NCBI GenBank assembly: GCA_050729815.1
Contig: JBOHLV010000102.1
Span: forward strand, 12,772 to 76,771
Origin: Stellaceae bacterium
GTDB taxonomy: Bacteria; Pseudomonadota; Alphaproteobacteria; ATCC43930; CGMCC-115725
Direction: 5' to 3'
Length of the DNA stretch: 64,000 bases
The notes under the pieces were generated by a model. The model saw only the letters and a list, made by a program, of their open reading frames with translations. It was not told the origin of the DNA and did not search any database. The translations under genes and the position numbers were made by a program. Positions 18,355-30,222 of this stretch are shown here, one piece after another (position 1 is the stretch's first letter; every line of letters starts with the position of its first letter).

Positions 18355-19401
18355 ATGAATTCGCAGATCGCCGCCATTCTGGCGGTGGATGGGATCGCCA
18401 CCGGCGCGATCTACATGCTCATCGGGCTGGGCTTCGTCCTCATCTTCGCGGTGACGCGCGTGATCTTCGTGCCGTTCGGCGATCTCGCGGCGTTCACGGC
18501 GCTGACGCTCGCGGCGCTCGAGACGAGGCAGATTCCGGGCACGGTCGGCCTTGTCGCCGTGCTCGCCGTGATCGCGGTGCTGGCGGAAATCGCGGCGAAG
18601 CTGCGGGCGCGCGCCTATCGCCTCATCCCGCGGGCGATCTTCTTCTATTTCGTGCTGCCGCTGGCGCCGGCGGCGCTCGTCTGGCTGGTGGCCGGCGCGC
18701 CGCTGTCGATGGCGGAGCGCATCGGGCTAGCGATCGCGCTGATCCTGCCGATCGCGCCGCTGCTCGATCGGATCGCCTTCCGGCCGATCGCCGACGGCTC
18801 GGTGCTGCTGCTGCTCACGGTCGCCGTGGTGCTGCATTTTGCGCTGGTCGGGCTGGGGCTGATGTTCTTCGGCCCCCAAGGCGTTCGCACCGAAGCCCTG
18901 ACCGATGCCAGCTTTAATGTCGCCGGCATGGCGGTGAGCGCGCAGACGATTCTCATCGTGATCGCGGCGCTGGTCTTCAGTGGCCTGCTGTTCCTGTTCT
19001 TCGAATTCACCGCGATGGGGAAGGCGTTGCGCGCGACCGCGGTCAACCGCGCCGGGGCGCGGCTCGTCGGCATCCGGCCGGCGACGACCGGAACGATCGC
19101 CTATCTACTCGCCTCGCTGCTCGCCGCCATTTCCGGCGTGCTGATCGGGTCGGTGACGACAGTGTTCTATGACACCGGCTTCCTCATCGGCCTCAAGGCC
19201 TTCGTCGGCGCCATCTTCGGCGCGATGGTGAGCTATCCGCTCACCGCCCTGGGCACGATCCTGATCGGGCTTCTTGAAAGCTTCGCCTCGTTCTGGAGCA
19301 GCGATTTCAAGGAAGTCATCGTGTTCGGAATCCTGATCCCGGTCCTGCTATGGCGCTCCCTGAGCTATGGCCATGGCGATGAAGACGATTCCGAGGAATG
19401 A
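18355..19401 (+). CDS. branched-chain amino acid ABC transporter permease (LivH-like)
   Basis: 348-aa hydrophobic multi-TM protein with N-terminus ILAVDGIATGAIYMLIGLGFVLIF, typical of LivH. Confidence 0.85.
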   Translation: MNSQIAAILAVDGIATGAIYMLIGLGFVLIFAVTRVIFVPFGDLAAFTALTLAALETRQIPGTVGLVAVLAVIAVLAEIAAKLRARAYRLIPRAIFFYFVLPLAPAALVWLVAGAPLSMAERIGLAIALILPIAPLLDRIAFRPIADGSVLLLLTVAVVLHFALVGLGLMFFGPQGVRTEALTDASFNVAGMAVSAQTILIVIAALVFSGLLFLFFEFTAMGKALRATAVNRAGARLVGIRPATTGTIAYLLASLLAAISGVLIGSVTTVFYDTGFLIGLKAFVGAIFGAMVSYPLTALGTILIGLLESFASFWSSDFKEVIVFGILIPVLLWRSLSYGHGDEDDSEE

Positions 19402-21167
19402 CCCGGTTACACCTCCGCCTCGTCGCGGTTGCCGCGATCCTGTTGCTCGCCGCCGCGCCGGCGATCATCAGCCCGTTCAGCGTTTCCCTCCTCAATTTCA
19501 TCGGGGTCTATGCGCTGGCCGCGCTCGGCCTCGTGCTGCTGACCGGGATCGGCGGCATGCTGTCCTTCGGCCAGGCGGCATTCGTCGGCATCGCCGGGTA
19601 TGCCACCGCCTGGGCGACGGTGGATGAGGGCCTGTCGCCGTGGATCGGCTTGCTGCTCGCGCTTGCCCTTACCGGCGCGGTGGCGGCGGTGCTCGGCGCC
19701 GTGACGCTGCGGCTCAAGGGCCATTTCCTGTCGCTCAGCACGATCGCCTGGGGCCTCGCGATCTTTTTCCTCTTCGGCAACATCCCGGGCCTCGGCCAGT
19801 TCACCGGCATCGAAGGCGTGCCGCCGATCCCGATCTTCGGCTTCGTCCTCGGCAGCGACCGGCGGGTTTTCTATCTCATCTGGGCGGTCGTGATCGGCGC
19901 GCTTTGTCTGTCCGCCAATCTGCTCGCCTCGCGCGAGGGGCGGGCGATGCGGGCGCTGCGCGGCGGCCAGGTGTTGACCGAGAGCCTCGGCATCGATCCG
20001 TTCCGCGTCAGGCTCGTGACCTTCATTCTCGCGGCGCTGCTTTCGGCGCTGTCGGGATGGCTCTTTGCCCATATGAGCCGACTTGTCAGCCCCAGCCCGT
20101 TCGATGTCACCCACGGCATCCTTTATCTCTTGATGGCGATGGTCGGCGGCATGGGGCATCTGTCCGGCGCGGTGGTCGGTGCTGCGATCGTGACGCTGTT
20201 GCGCAACTACATCCAGGACTGGCTGCCGCTGATCGCGCCGGGCGCCTCGAGCCAGCTCGAGATCGTCGTGTTCGCGGTGCTGTTCATTCTGTTGTTGCAG
20301 CGGGCACGCGCGGGCCTCGTGCCGTATCTCCTGCGCTATCTGCCGCGCGCGACACCGGCGCCGCCGCCGCCGGCCGCGCCGCTCGACCGGCGGCGCCAGC
20401 CGCTGCCGGGCGCGCCGGTTCTCGCGGTCGCCGAGGTGTCGCGCCGCTTCGGCGGCCTCCTTGCCGTGAACAATGTCAGCTTCGATCTTCAGGCCGGTGA
20501 GATTCTCGGCCTTATCGGCCCGAACGGCGCCGGCAAGACCACGATGTTCAACCTCATCAGCGGCGCGCTGCGCCCCGATGCAGGGCGCGTCACGTTTTGC
20601 GGGACCGAGGTGACGCGGTTTCCGACGCGGCGGATCGCGCGGCTCGGCGTCGCGCGGACGTTTCAGCATGTGAAGCTCCGCGCCGATATGAGTTTGCGCG
20701 ACAATGTCCTGCTCGGCACCTATTCCCGTACCCGGGCGGGGTTCCTTGCCGGCGCGCTGCGGCTGGGGCGCGGCGAAGAGGCGCAAGCCGAGGGCGAGGC
20801 GATGCGGCAATTGTCCCGTGTCGGTCTCGACCGCCGCGCCCATGACCTTGCCGGCAATCTTTCGCTCGGCGAGCAGCGGCTCCTCGAAATCGCGCGCGCC
20901 CTCGCCGCCGATCCCGTGCTGCTGTTGCTCGATGAGCCCGCCGCCGGATTGCGGGCGAAGGAAAAGGCTGAACTGGCGACATTGCTGCGCGCGCTCAAGG
21001 GCGAGGGATTGACCATCCTCCTTGTCGAGCACGACATGGATTTCGTCATGGGCCTCGTCGATCGCAGCGTCGTCATGGATTTCGGCTCGAAGCTGTGCGA
21101 GGGCTCGCCGGCGGAAGTCCGGCGTGATCCGCGCGTTCAAGAGGCCTATCTCGGCGGGGTCGTGTGA
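19398..21167 (+). CDS. fused ABC permease (LivM-like) / ATP-binding (LivG-like) protein
   Basis: 589 aa. The N-terminal half is multi-TM. The C-terminal half has Walker [10 protein letters not shown], signature [15 protein letters not shown] and Walker [11 protein letters not shown]. Confidence 0.85.
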   Translation: MTRLHLRLVAVAAILLLAAAPAIISPFSVSLLNFIGVYALAALGLVLLTGIGGMLSFGQAAFVGIAGYATAWATVDEGLSPWIGLLLALALTGAVAAVLGAVTLRLKGHFLSLSTIAWGLAIFFLFGNIPGLGQFTGIEGVPPIPIFGFVLGSDRRVFYLIWAVVIGALCLSANLLASREGRAMRALRGGQVLTESLGIDPFRVRLVTFILAALLSALSGWLFAHMSRLVSPSPFDVTHGILYLLMAMVGGMGHLSGAVVGAAIVTLLRNYIQDWLPLIAPGASSQLEIVVFAVLFILLLQRARAGLVPYLLRYLPRATPAPPPPAAPLDRRRQPLPGAPVLAVAEVSRRFGGLLAVNNVSFDLQAGEILGLIGPNGAGKTTMFNLISGALRPDAGRVTFCGTEVTRFPTRRIARLGVARTFQHVKLRADMSLRDNVLLGTYSRTRAGFLAGALRLGRGEEAQAEGEAMRQLSRVGLDRRAHDLAGNLSLGEQRLLEIARALAADPVLLLLDEPAAGLRAKEKAELATLLRALKGEGLTILLVEHDMDFVMGLVDRSVVMDFGSKLCEGSPAEVRRDPRVQEAYLGGVV

Positions 21168-21913
21168 TGGCGCTGCTCTCGATCGAGGAACTCTCCGTCT
21201 CCTATGGCAAGGTCGAGGCGGTACGCGGGGTCTCGCTCGCGATCCAACCGGGGGAGATCGTCACCGTCATCGGCCCCAACGGCGCCGGCAAAACGACGCT
21301 GCTCGCCGCGGCGATGGGCCTTTTGCCTTGGCGTGGCCGCATGTTCTTCGACGGTGTCGATCTGAAGCGGCTCGATGTCGAGGCGCGGGTCGAGCGCGGT
21401 TTCGCCCTGGTGCCGGAGGGGCGGGAGCTGTTTTCGACCATGAGTGTCGCCGACAATCTCACCCTCGGCGGCTACAGCCGGCGGCGCGACCGCGGCGGTC
21501 TGCGTCCGGCGCTCGACGAAGTCTATGACCGCTTCCCACGCCTCGCCGAGCGCCGGCGTCAGCGCGCCGGCACGCTGTCGGGCGGCGAGCGGCAGATGCT
21601 GGCGCTCGCCCGCGCGCTGATGGCAAAGCCGCGCCTCCTCTTGCTCGACGAGCCGAGCCTCGGACTCGCGCCCATCATCGTCCGCGACGTGTTCCGCATT
21701 ATCGCTTCGCTGCGTGCGCTGGGCGTTTCGATCCTGCTAGTGGAACAGAATGCGCGCGCCGCGCTCGAGACGGCGGATGTCGGCTATGTGCTCGAAACCG
21801 GCGAGATCGTCCATTCCGGCAAGGCGGCCGACCTCATGCACGATCCGCGGGTGGCGGCGAGCTATCTCGGCTCGTCCCACGGTGGCCAGATGGATAGTTC
21901 GACCGTAAAATAG
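21164..21913 (+). CDS. branched-chain amino acid ABC transporter ATP-binding protein (LivF-like)
   Basis: Walker [10 protein letters not shown], signature LSGGERQMLALARAL, Walker B LLLLDEPSLGL. There is a 4-nt overlap with the upstream gene. Confidence 0.9.
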   Translation: MMALLSIEELSVSYGKVEAVRGVSLAIQPGEIVTVIGPNGAGKTTLLAAAMGLLPWRGRMFFDGVDLKRLDVEARVERGFALVPEGRELFSTMSVADNLTLGGYSRRRDRGGLRPALDEVYDRFPRLAERRRQRAGTLSGGERQMLALARALMAKPRLLLLDEPSLGLAPIIVRDVFRIIASLRALGVSILLVEQNARAALETADVGYVLETGEIVHSGKAADLMHDPRVAASYLGSSHGGQMDSSTVK

Positions 21914-21937
21914 GCGGCATCAGAGGGCGGAGGTGGA

Positions 21938-22165
21938 TTGGTCATGACCGGCAGCGATATCGATGTCGCCGCCCGGGATGGCGGCAGCTTCAAGGCCTAT
22001 CTTGCGAAACCGGCGATAGGCAGTGGCCCGGGGATCGTGCTGCTGCAGGAGATTTTCGGCATCATCGCCGATATTCGCGATGAGATCCGCGCGTTCCCGT
22101 TCGGACCGAAATCATGCCGCTTTGGCGGCGGCGCGCCCCCAGCAGGCAAAAATGATCGGCGATAG
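21938..22165 (+). pseudogene. N-terminal remnant of a dienelactone hydrolase-family gene
   Basis: The first ~55 codons (GGSFKAYLAKPAIGSGPGIVLLQEIFGI.ADIRD) resemble the DLH N-terminus. The frame then runs into the 3' end of the convergent methyltransferase gene and stops after 75 aa. Full-length DLH proteins are much longer. Confidence 0.45.
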
Positions 22166-22951
22166 CGCCGCCCATTCGGGATCGGCGCAGAGCTCTAGCA
22201 TGCGATCGAGCTCGGCATCGGTCAGCTTATCGGGCCCGGTGAGCCGCGGGCGAAGCTGCGTCAGCGACAGTTGAAGCCAGCGGGCTCCCGGCGAGCCGCC
22301 TTCCGTGACGAAGGCGCGGCCTTCATTGCCGATCTCGGTCAGTCCCGCCCGGCGCAGGAGGGCTGGCAAATGTCGGCCGTAATCGAGGGGCAGTCCGGCG
22401 GCCTCGAACTGACGGAAGCGAATGGCTTGCGTGCGCGCATGCTCCTGCCCTCCCAGCTCGCTGATCGGCAGGCTCGAGACGTTGTCGACTTCCTCGAGCA
22501 GCAGCCAGCCGCCAGGCCGTAGCGCCGCCACGAGCTTCACGAGGACGCGGTCGCGCTCCGGAATGTGCTGCAGGACGAGTCGCACGTGAATGAGATCGAA
22601 TTCACGCTCCTCGAGCGGGTCTTTCACGATATCGTGCCGCCGGATTTCGAGATTGGGCGCGGCGTCGAGTTTGAGGAGGTGGCTCGTGTCGAGATCGGTC
22701 GCGACGACCGAGCCGGTCTCGCCGACACGCCGGGCGAGCCACGCGGCGATCGAACCGCCGCCGGCGCCGAGCTCGAGACAGCGCCAGCCCGCGGCGACGC
22801 CGAGGCCGTCGAGCGCACGGATCGTGCCGGGATCGAGAAATGCCTCGATGGCATCGAGTCGGGCGCGCCCCTGCTGCCAGGAATTGTCAAAGACGTAGGA
22901 TTGTTGCGTCACGGCCAGGCAGCTCCCGTTCATCGCGAATCTCGGCCGCAC
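22112..22951 (-). CDS. class I SAM-dependent methyltransferase
   Basis: SAM-binding motif I CLELGAGGGSIAAWLA followed by VVATDLD. The start is ambiguous (22951 or ATG 22933). Confidence 0.75.
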   Translation of the reverse strand: MRPRFAMNGSCLAVTQQSYVFDNSWQQGRARLDAIEAFLDPGTIRALDGLGVAAGWRCLELGAGGGSIAAWLARRVGETGSVVATDLDTSHLLKLDAAPNLEIRRHDIVKDPLEEREFDLIHVRLVLQHIPERDRVLVKLVAALRPGGWLLLEEVDNVSSLPISELGGQEHARTQAIRFRQFEAAGLPLDYGRHLPALLRRAGLTEIGNEGRAFVTEGGSPGARWLQLSLTQLRPRLTGPDKLTDAELDRMLELCADPEWAALSPIIFACWGRAAAKAA

Positions 22952-23001
22952 GATAGTGCGCGGCGGTCCGCCGTGCCATCCCGATCTTGCGGTCGAATTC
23001 G

Positions 23002-24639
23002 CTATTGCCGGTCTTGCACGCGCAGGACGAAACGCTGCACCTTGCCGGTTTCAGTGCGCGGCAGGGCGACGAGATATTGGATCGCGCGGGGATATTTATA
23101 GGGCGCGATCTGGCCCTTGACGAATTCCTGCAATGCCTTGGTCATGCCATCGCCCGCGCCCGCCGGGTCTTTCAGGACGACGCAGGCCTTGACGATATGG
23201 CCGCGTTCGGCATCGGGCCAGGCGACAACGGCGCATTCGCGGATCGCCGGATGCTCGAGCAGCACCGCCTCGATCTCCGCGCCCGAAATGTTGTAGCCGG
23301 CGGAGATGATCATGTCGTCGGTGCGCGCCTCGAACCAGAAATAGCCGTCCTCGTCCATGCGATAGGCATCGCCGGTGAGGTTCCAGCCGTCGCACACATA
23401 GCTCTGCTGGCGGTCGGGATCGGCGAGATAGCGACAGCCGGTCGGCCCGCGCACGCCGAGCCGGCCGACCGTGCCGGTCGGGACCGGGCGCATCGCATCA
23501 TCGAAAATCATCGCGCGATATCCGGGGATCGCCTTGCCCGTAGCGCCGGGACGGACCGCATCGCCCGCCGCAGCGATGAAGATATGCAGCATTTCGGTCG
23601 AGCCGAGCCCGTCGATGATGGTAATGCCGGTAGCGTTGCGCCAGGCTTCGAGGATCGGGCCCGGCAGGAACTCGCCGGCCGAGACGCAGGCCCGGAGGCT
23701 CGATAGATCGCGGCGCGCCGCCAGTTCGGTCATGGCGCGATACATGGTGGGCGCGGTGAAGAGCGTCGTGACGCGATGCCGTTCGATCATCTCCAACAGC
23801 AGATCGGGCGTCGCCCGCGGCAGGAGCAGCGTCGAGGCGCCGACCCGCATCGGAAACAGCAATATCCCCCCGAGGCCGAAGGTGAAGCCCAAAGGTGGCG
23901 TGCCGCAGAAGATATCGGCTGCCGCGGGTTCGAGGGTGGAGCGCGGAAAGAGATCACAGATCGCGAGCACGTCGCGATGAAAATGCATCGTGGCCTTGGC
24001 GCGCCCGGTGGTGCCGGACGTGAAGGCGATCAACGCGACATCGTCATGCGAAGGGATGAAATTGGCGAAGCTGCCGTCCCTCTCCGCCATGCGCGCCTCG
24101 AGACCGTCGGCGGCATGCCCATGGAAATAGAGCGTGCGCGGCGGCGGCGAAAGCTGGGAAGATGCGGCCGCGAGCTCTTCGCCGAGCGACGCATCGCACA
24201 GGGCGAAGCCGATCCGCGCCTTCTCCAGCATATAGCGAAGCTCGCGCGCGCGGAGCAGCGGCATGGTCGTAACCGCGATCGCGCCGGCCTTCAGCACCGC
24301 GAACCAGCATGCCGCCAGCATCGGCGTGTTGGCGGCGCGGAGCAGCACGCGATTGCCCGGCACGACGCCCATCTCATCGGTGAGGATGGCGGCGATGCGG
24401 TTCGCGTTGTCGAGAAGGTCGGCATAGCTCCACACGCCACCTTCCTCGGACCGGATGCAGGGTCGCGCGCCGAAGCCCTTTTCGACCATGCGGTCCAAAA
24501 GCTCGACCGCCGCATTCATCCGCGTCGGATAGGAAAGCAACGCCGCATCCGTCTCGATCGCCGGCCATAGCTCGGCGGGCGGCAGATTGTCGCGTGCGAA
24601 ACTGTCGGCATAGAGGCTCGGATCAAGCATCGCGTTCAT
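23002..24639 (-). CDS. aryl-CoA ligase (2-aminobenzoate/benzoate-CoA ligase-like AMP-binding enzyme)
   Basis: 545 aa with AMP motif [11 protein letters not shown]. The N-terminal region [14 protein letters not shown]...[10 protein letters not shown] resembles anthranilate-CoA ligase-type enzymes. It is the last gene of the ACMR-like operon. Confidence 0.75.
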   Translation of the reverse strand: MNAMLDPSLYADSFARDNLPPAELWPAIETDAALLSYPTRMNAAVELLDRMVEKGFGARPCIRSEEGGVWSYADLLDNANRIAAILTDEMGVVPGNRVLLRAANTPMLAACWFAVLKAGAIAVTTMPLLRARELRYMLEKARIGFALCDASLGEELAAASSQLSPPPRTLYFHGHAADGLEARMAERDGSFANFIPSHDDVALIAFTSGTTGRAKATMHFHRDVLAICDLFPRSTLEPAAADIFCGTPPLGFTFGLGGILLFPMRVGASTLLLPRATPDLLLEMIERHRVTTLFTAPTMYRAMTELAARRDLSSLRACVSAGEFLPGPILEAWRNATGITIIDGLGSTEMLHIFIAAAGDAVRPGATGKAIPGYRAMIFDDAMRPVPTGTVGRLGVRGPTGCRYLADPDRQQSYVCDGWNLTGDAYRMDEDGYFWFEARTDDMIISAGYNISGAEIEAVLLEHPAIRECAVVAWPDAERGHIVKACVVLKDPAGAGDGMTKALQEFVKGQIAPYKYPRAIQYLVALPRTETGKVQRFVLRVQDRQ

Positions 24640-25802
24640 TGTCCTCGACCTAATTGCGCCGCGATCACGAGTTTCTGGATTTCCGTCGTTCCTTCATAGA
24701 TGCGCAAGGCGCGGATCTCGCGATAGAGCCGCTCGACCGGAACGCCGCGGACGACGCCCATGCCGCCCCAGAGTTGTACCGCGCCGTCGATGACGCGTTG
24801 CGCCGCCTCGGTTGCGTACATCTTCGCCATCGCCGCCTCGCGGGTGACGCGGTCGGCGATGCAATCCTTGGTCCAGGCGGCGCGATAGATCAGCAGCGCG
24901 GCGGCATCGACATCGGTCGCCATATCGGCGAGCCGCATCTGTGTCGCCTGGAATTCAAGGAGCCGCTTGCCGAAGACTTCGCGTTGGCCGACTCGCGCCA
25001 AGGCTTCGTCGAGCGCCCGGCGGGCGAAGCCGAGTGCCGCGGCGCCGACCGTCGAACGAAAGATATCGAGGGTCGCCATCGCGATCTTGAAGCCATCGCC
25101 TGGCCGGCCGAGCAGCCGATCCGCGCCGATGCGGCAATCCTCGAATTGGAGGGTCGCAAGCGGGTGGGGCGCAATCACCTCGATGCGCTCGACGATCTTG
25201 AGACCCGGGCTATCGGCATCGACGACAAAGGCGCTCAATCCCTTTGCGCCCGGCGCCTCGCCGGTGCGGGCGAAGACGACATAATGGCCGGCGATGCCGC
25301 CATTCGAGATCCAGGTCTTGCGGCCGTTGAGCACATAGGAAGCGCCGTCGCGCCGCGCCGTCGTTCGCAATGCGGCAACGTCCGAACCACCCTCCGGCTC
25401 CGACATGGCGAAGGCGGCGATCTGCGTGCCGGCTGAGACGCGTGGGAGATAGTGGCGCTGCAATTCGGGACTGCCGAAGAGCGCGATCGAGGCGCTTCCC
25501 AGGCCCTGCATCGCAAAGGCGAAATCGGCCAGGCCGGAGAACCGGGCCAGCGTCTCGCGAATAAGGGCGAGGCTGCGGACATCGAGTTTCTCATGCCTGC
25601 CGCCGAACGCCGCCGGCACGGCATAGCGCAGCCAGCCGGCATCGCCGAGCATCGCAACGAACCGCCGCGACAGCGCATCGACATCGGTTTCGTCATGGGC
25701 AAGGGGCGCGATTTCGGCGGCGGCCCAGGCATCGAGATCGTCGGCGAGGCGGCGATGCTCGGCATCGAAAAACGGCCAGGCGAGGAAGCTGCGATCCGCC
25801 AT
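24636..25802 (-). CDS. acyl-CoA dehydrogenase
   Basis: [15 protein letters not shown] and [13 protein letters not shown] motifs. Start set at ATG 25802 ([12 protein letters not shown]), sharing 1 nt with the upstream stop. Confidence 0.85.
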   Translation of the reverse strand: MADRSFLAWPFFDAEHRRLADDLDAWAAAEIAPLAHDETDVDALSRRFVAMLGDAGWLRYAVPAAFGGRHEKLDVRSLALIRETLARFSGLADFAFAMQGLGSASIALFGSPELQRHYLPRVSAGTQIAAFAMSEPEGGSDVAALRTTARRDGASYVLNGRKTWISNGGIAGHYVVFARTGEAPGAKGLSAFVVDADSPGLKIVERIEVIAPHPLATLQFEDCRIGADRLLGRPGDGFKIAMATLDIFRSTVGAAALGFARRALDEALARVGQREVFGKRLLEFQATQMRLADMATDVDAAALLIYRAAWTKDCIADRVTREAAMAKMYATEAAQRVIDGAVQLWGGMGVVRGVPVERLYREIRALRIYEGTTEIQKLVIAAQLGRGQ

Positions 25803-26611
25803 CAATCGCCCTCGAACACCGGTCGCTCTCTGGCGACGAAGGCACGATAGGCGCGCTTGAAATCCTCGGTTTCCATGCAGATTGCCTGGGCCTGCGCCTC
25901 GGCCTCGATCGCCCGGTCTACACCCATGTCCCATTCCTCATGCAGCATGCGCTTCGTCATCGCGTGGGCGAAGGTCGGGCCGGCGGCGAGGTTGCGCGCC
26001 GCCTCCTGCGCCCTGGCCAGCAATTCCGTTGGCGAGACCAGCGCATTCAAGAAGCCCCACCGCGCGGCCTCTTCCCCGGACATGCTGCGCCCGGTAAAGA
26101 GCAGCTCCGCCGCGCGTCCCTGGCCGATGATCCGTGGCAGGATGGCGCAGGCCCCCATATCGCAGCCGGCCAGCCCGACCCGCGTGAAGAGGAACGCGAA
26201 CTTCGCCGCCGCCGTGCCATAGCGCAGGTCCGCGGCCATGGCGAGGATTGCGCCCGCACCGGCACAGACGCCATCCACCGCGGCGATGATCGGCTGCGGC
26301 GCGGCGCGCATCGCCTTGACGAGATCGCCGGTCATGCGGGTGAAGGCGAGCAGCCCCGACATATCCATTTGCGTCAGCGGCCCGATAATGTCGTGAACAT
26401 CGCCCCCGGAACAAAAATTTCCGCCGGCGCCGGTCATCACCACGGCCTTCACGTCTTCGATATGGGCGAGCGAGCGGAACAGGTCGCGCAGCTCGGCATA
26501 GCTCTCGAAGGTCAGCGGGTTTTTCCGTTCGGGCCGGTTGAGGGTGATGGTTGCCACCTTGCCGTCGACTTGCCAGCCAACCTCGCGGGGCACGATCTCC
26601 GATGCGTTCAT
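25802..26611 (-). CDS. enoyl-CoA hydratase/isomerase (crotonase family)
   Basis: 269 aa. [15 protein letters not shown] and [21 protein letters not shown] are typical crotonase oxyanion-hole regions. Confidence 0.85.
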   Translation of the reverse strand: MNASEIVPREVGWQVDGKVATITLNRPERKNPLTFESYAELRDLFRSLAHIEDVKAVVMTGAGGNFCSGGDVHDIIGPLTQMDMSGLLAFTRMTGDLVKAMRAAPQPIIAAVDGVCAGAGAILAMAADLRYGTAAAKFAFLFTRVGLAGCDMGACAILPRIIGQGRAAELLFTGRSMSGEEAARWGFLNALVSPTELLARAQEAARNLAAGPTFAHAMTKRMLHEEWDMGVDRAIEAEAQAQAICMETEDFKRAYRAFVARERPVFEGD

Positions 26612-27105
26612 GGCGTCTCTCCCCGGCGGTGTGCCGACAGCTTCAACTGGCCGAGCAGTCGGAACAATTCATCGAGCTCGGCGTGCGTCATGCGGCCGAA
26701 CAGCCGATCGATCCAGGCTTCATGCACCGGTGCCATCGCATCGAAAAAGCGGCGGCCCTTCGCGGTGAGGCGGATGATCTGGCTACGGCGGTCGGCGGGA
26801 TGCGCCTTGCGCGCGACCATGCCTTCGCGCCGCAGCGCCTCGACCAGGCCTGTGACATTGCCGCCGCTCACCATGAGGCGCGAACTGAGCTCGCCCATGG
26901 CAAGGCCGTCGGGCGCGCGGTCGAGTTGTGCCAGCAAATCGAAACGCGGCAAGCTGGTGTCGAAATGTGCGCGAAGCAGATTGCGGACCTGCGCCTCGAT
27001 GAGGTTGGTGCAGGTGAGGAGCCGCAGCCACAGCTTCAGCTCCAGCTTGTCGTCATGGTCGAGCGCCGATTCGCGATCGACGACGCGAAACCCGTCGGGT
27101 GTCAT
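26608..27105 (-). CDS. MarR-family transcriptional regulator (embedded in the operon)
   Basis: 165 aa. The winged-helix region [45 protein letters not shown] is typical of MarR. It has 4-nt overlaps on both sides. Confidence 0.8.
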   Translation of the reverse strand: MTPDGFRVVDRESALDHDDKLELKLWLRLLTCTNLIEAQVRNLLRAHFDTSLPRFDLLAQLDRAPDGLAMGELSSRLMVSGGNVTGLVEALRREGMVARKAHPADRRSQIIRLTAKGRRFFDAMAPVHEAWIDRLFGRMTHAELDELFRLLGQLKLSAHRRGETP

Positions 27106-27881
27106 GGCATGACCTCGCCGCCGGCAACCACGATCGCCTGTCCGGTGACGGCGGCGGCGTCCGGCAGGCAGAGGAAGCGGACCGTCGCCGCCACTTCTTC
27201 CGGCTTGACCAGCCGTCCCTGGGGGTTGCCAGCCGTCAGCGCATCGCGTGCGGCGTCACGCGCGCGGCCGGTCTTGGCGACGATGTTGTCGAGCGCCGCC
27301 GTCACGAGATCGGTATCGGTATAGCCGGGACATACGGCATTGACCGTGACCCCGGTCTTGGCGAGTTCGCGCGCGAGCGACCGTGTCAGACCGATAAGCG
27401 CGTGCTTTGCCGCGCCATAGGCGGTGACATAGGCATATCCGGTGACACCCGCCGTCGAGGCGATGTTGACGATGCGTCCATGCCCCGCCGCGAGCATCGC
27501 CGGCAATGCCGCTTGCGTGCAGCGGAAGGCGGCATGGCAGTTGACGGCCATCATGCGGTCGAGGAGGGCGATGTCGGTCTTGAGGAACGGGGCGGATTCC
27601 GCGGCGCCCGCATTGTTGACCAGAATGTCGGCGGGTCCCGCGGCGGCAAAAGCGGCACGCGTCGCGGTGTCATCGGTGACATCGGCGACGCGATAGGCAC
27701 AGGCGACACCGAACCTTGCCTCAATATCGGCGGCGGTTTCTGCAAGTTTCTGCTCGCGACGCCCGATGAGGGTGAGACGGACGCCGAGCGGTGCCAGCGC
27801 CGCCGCCACCGCGGCGCCGATGCCGCTGCCGCCACCGGTGATGATGGCGTGCCGGTCGCCAAACGCGCGGCCGGTCGTCAC
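27102..27881 (-). CDS. SDR-family 3-hydroxyacyl-CoA-type dehydrogenase
   Basis: [16 protein letters not shown] and YGAAKHAL (YxxxK). Start set at GTG 27881, which forms a GTGA overlap with the upstream stop. Confidence 0.85.
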   Translation of the reverse strand: MTTGRAFGDRHAIITGGGSGIGAAVAAALAPLGVRLTLIGRREQKLAETAADIEARFGVACAYRVADVTDDTATRAAFAAAGPADILVNNAGAAESAPFLKTDIALLDRMMAVNCHAAFRCTQAALPAMLAAGHGRIVNIASTAGVTGYAYVTAYGAAKHALIGLTRSLARELAKTGVTVNAVCPGYTDTDLVTAALDNIVAKTGRARDAARDALTAGNPQGRLVKPEEVAATVRFLCLPDAAAVTGQAIVVAGGEVMP

Positions 27882-30136
27882 GACGAGGTCCGCGGCTGAT
27901 ACTGGCGCATCGCGCTGTATTGGTTGGGCCAGGGCAGCGTATATCCCTGCTCGGTGGCGGCGTGATGGGTCCAATAGGGATCATAGAGATGGGCGCGGGC
28001 AAGCACGCACAGATCGGCGCGACCCGCGACCAGGATCGAGTTGACGTCGGCATAGGTCGAAATGTTGCCGACCGTCATGGTCGGCATCTCGGCCTCATGG
28101 CGGATGCGGTCGGCAAACGGGGTCTGGAACAGGCGGCCATAGCGCGGGGACGCCTCGGGAACCGTCTGGCCCGCCGAGACATCGACGATGTCACAGCCAT
28201 GCGCCTTCAACATCCGCGCGACCGCGACCGCGTCCGGCCCGTCGAAGCCGCCCGGCACCCAATCGGTCGCCGAGATGCGCACGCTCATCGGCTTCCGCTT
28301 CGGCCAGGCGGCGCGCACGGCATCGAACACTTCCAAGGGAAAGCGCATGCGATTTTCCAGACTGCCGCCATATTGATCCATGCGCCGGTTGATCAAGGGC
28401 GTGATGAAGGTGGACAAGAGATAGCCATGGGCGAAATGCAGCTCGATGAGGTCGAATCCCGCCTCGTCGGCGAGCCGCGCCCCCCGCACGAAATCGTGGA
28501 CCACGATATCCATGTCGCCGCGATCCATCGCCTTCGGCACCTGGCTGTACGGGAAATAGGGCAAGGGCGACGGTGCGACCAGCGGCCAGTTGCCGTCATC
28601 TAGCGGCTCGTCGATCCCCTCCCACATCAACCGGGTCGAGCCCTTGCGGCCGGCATGGGCGAGCTGAAGCCCGATCTTCGCGGGGCTGTTGGCATGAACG
28701 AAATTGGCGATGCGGCGCCAGGCGCGGGCTTGCTCCGGCCGCCACATGCCGGCACAGCCGGGAGTGATGCGGCCTTCGGGCGAGATGTCGGTCATCTCGG
28801 TCATGACCAACCCGGCGCCGCCGATCGCGCGGCCGCCAAGATGGACAAGATGCCAGTCATTGGGCATGCCGTCGGTGGCGGAATACATGCACATCGGCGA
28901 CACGACGACGCGGTTGCCCAGCACCAAATCGCGCAGGCGGAACGGCGTGAACATCGGCGGCGGCGCCGGCTCAGCCGGCACGTTGACGCCGCTCTGGTTG
29001 GCCGCCTCGGCAGCGAACCAGCGGTCGAGCCGCGCGATGAAATCGGGATCGCGCTGTTTCAGATTCTCATGCGTGATCCGCAGCGATCGGGTGAGGAGGC
29101 TCGCCGCGAACTGAATCGGCACAAGGCGGCGGTGATACCGCTCGGTCTCCTCGAACCAGTGGAGGCTCGTCTCGGCGGCACGCTGCGTCGATTCGACGAT
29201 GGGACGGCGCTCGGCTTCATAAGCGGCGAGCGCGGCCGGCATGGCGCCATGGGCGGAAAGCGCCTCGGCGAGCGCGATCGCATCCTCCATCGCCAGCTTG
29301 GTGCCGGAACCGATCGAGAAATGCGCAGTGTGCGCGGCATCGCCGACGAGAACGACATTCTCGTGCGACCAGTGCGCGCAGCGCACGGTCGGAAAGCTGC
29401 GCCAGATCGAGCGGTTTTTGAGCAACGGATGACCGTCCAACTCGGCCGCGAAGAGATGCTCGCAATAGGCGACGGATTGATCCTCGCTCGCCCCATCGAG
29501 CCCGGCGCGCCGCCAGGTCTCATCGTTCGTCTCGACGATGAAGGTGGAATAGGTGGCATCGAAGCGATAGGCGTGAACGCGCCACAGCCCGTGCTCGTTC
29601 TCTTTGAAGATGAAGGTGAAGGCCGGAAATTGCCGCGTCGTGCCGAGCCAGGTAAAGCGGTTGGGCCGCCAGTCGATTTCGGGGCGGAAATGATCTGAAT
29701 AGCGCTCGCGGATGCTGCTGTTGGCGCCGTCGGCGCCGAGAACAAGGTCGGCATCACGCCATCGGCCGAGATCGCCGATTTCGGTCTCGAACGCCAGATC
29801 GACGCCGAGCGCGGCGGCACGGTCCTGGAGAATGTTCAGGAGCTGGCGGCGCGCAAGGCCGGAAAAGCCGTGGCCGGTCGAGGTCACCACCTCACCCCGG
29901 AAATGAATGTCGATATCGCTCCAATGGGCGAAGGCGTCGGTGATCGCGCCATAGGTTTCGGGATCCGCCGCCGCGATATTGCCGAGCGTCTCGTCCGAAA
30001 ACACCACCCCCCAACCGAAGGTGTCGTCGGGGCGGTTGCGCTCAACGACGCGAATGCGATGGGCGGAATCACGGGCCTTCATCAGAATGGCGAAGAAAAG
30101 ACCGGCCGGGCCGCCGCCGACCGAAACGATATTCAT
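27878..30136 (-). CDS. bifunctional FAD monooxygenase / OYE-type reductase (2-aminobenzoyl-CoA monooxygenase/reductase- or salicylyl-CoA 5-hydroxylase-like)
   Basis: The N-terminal domain has the FAD motif [19 protein letters not shown] and an aromatic-hydroxylase region. The C-terminal domain is OYE-like ([32 protein letters not shown]). Start set at ATG 30136, 6 nt after an AAGGAG RBS, rather than 30151. Confidence 0.8.
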   Translation of the reverse strand: MNIVSVGGGPAGLFFAILMKARDSAHRIRVVERNRPDDTFGWGVVFSDETLGNIAAADPETYGAITDAFAHWSDIDIHFRGEVVTSTGHGFSGLARRQLLNILQDRAAALGVDLAFETEIGDLGRWRDADLVLGADGANSSIRERYSDHFRPEIDWRPNRFTWLGTTRQFPAFTFIFKENEHGLWRVHAYRFDATYSTFIVETNDETWRRAGLDGASEDQSVAYCEHLFAAELDGHPLLKNRSIWRSFPTVRCAHWSHENVVLVGDAAHTAHFSIGSGTKLAMEDAIALAEALSAHGAMPAALAAYEAERRPIVESTQRAAETSLHWFEETERYHRRLVPIQFAASLLTRSLRITHENLKQRDPDFIARLDRWFAAEAANQSGVNVPAEPAPPPMFTPFRLRDLVLGNRVVVSPMCMYSATDGMPNDWHLVHLGGRAIGGAGLVMTEMTDISPEGRITPGCAGMWRPEQARAWRRIANFVHANSPAKIGLQLAHAGRKGSTRLMWEGIDEPLDDGNWPLVAPSPLPYFPYSQVPKAMDRGDMDIVVHDFVRGARLADEAGFDLIELHFAHGYLLSTFITPLINRRMDQYGGSLENRMRFPLEVFDAVRAAWPKRKPMSVRISATDWVPGGFDGPDAVAVARMLKAHGCDIVDVSAGQTVPEASPRYGRLFQTPFADRIRHEAEMPTMTVGNISTYADVNSILVAGRADLCVLARAHLYDPYWTHHAATEQGYTLPWPNQYSAMRQYQPRTSS

Positions 30137-30222
30137 CGCGCGCTCCTTCACATTTTCGCGCCGCTGCTCTATCGTGCCCGACGAAGCATTTTATATCTAA
30201 AGTGTTTTGGAAATAAAGTGGC

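Noticed and set aside
19407-21140. 577-aa minus-strand ORF opposite the livM/G fusion.
   Set aside because: The product is extremely Arg/Glu/Asp/Pro-rich with no TM or enzyme motifs. The plus-strand gene has unambiguous ABC motifs.
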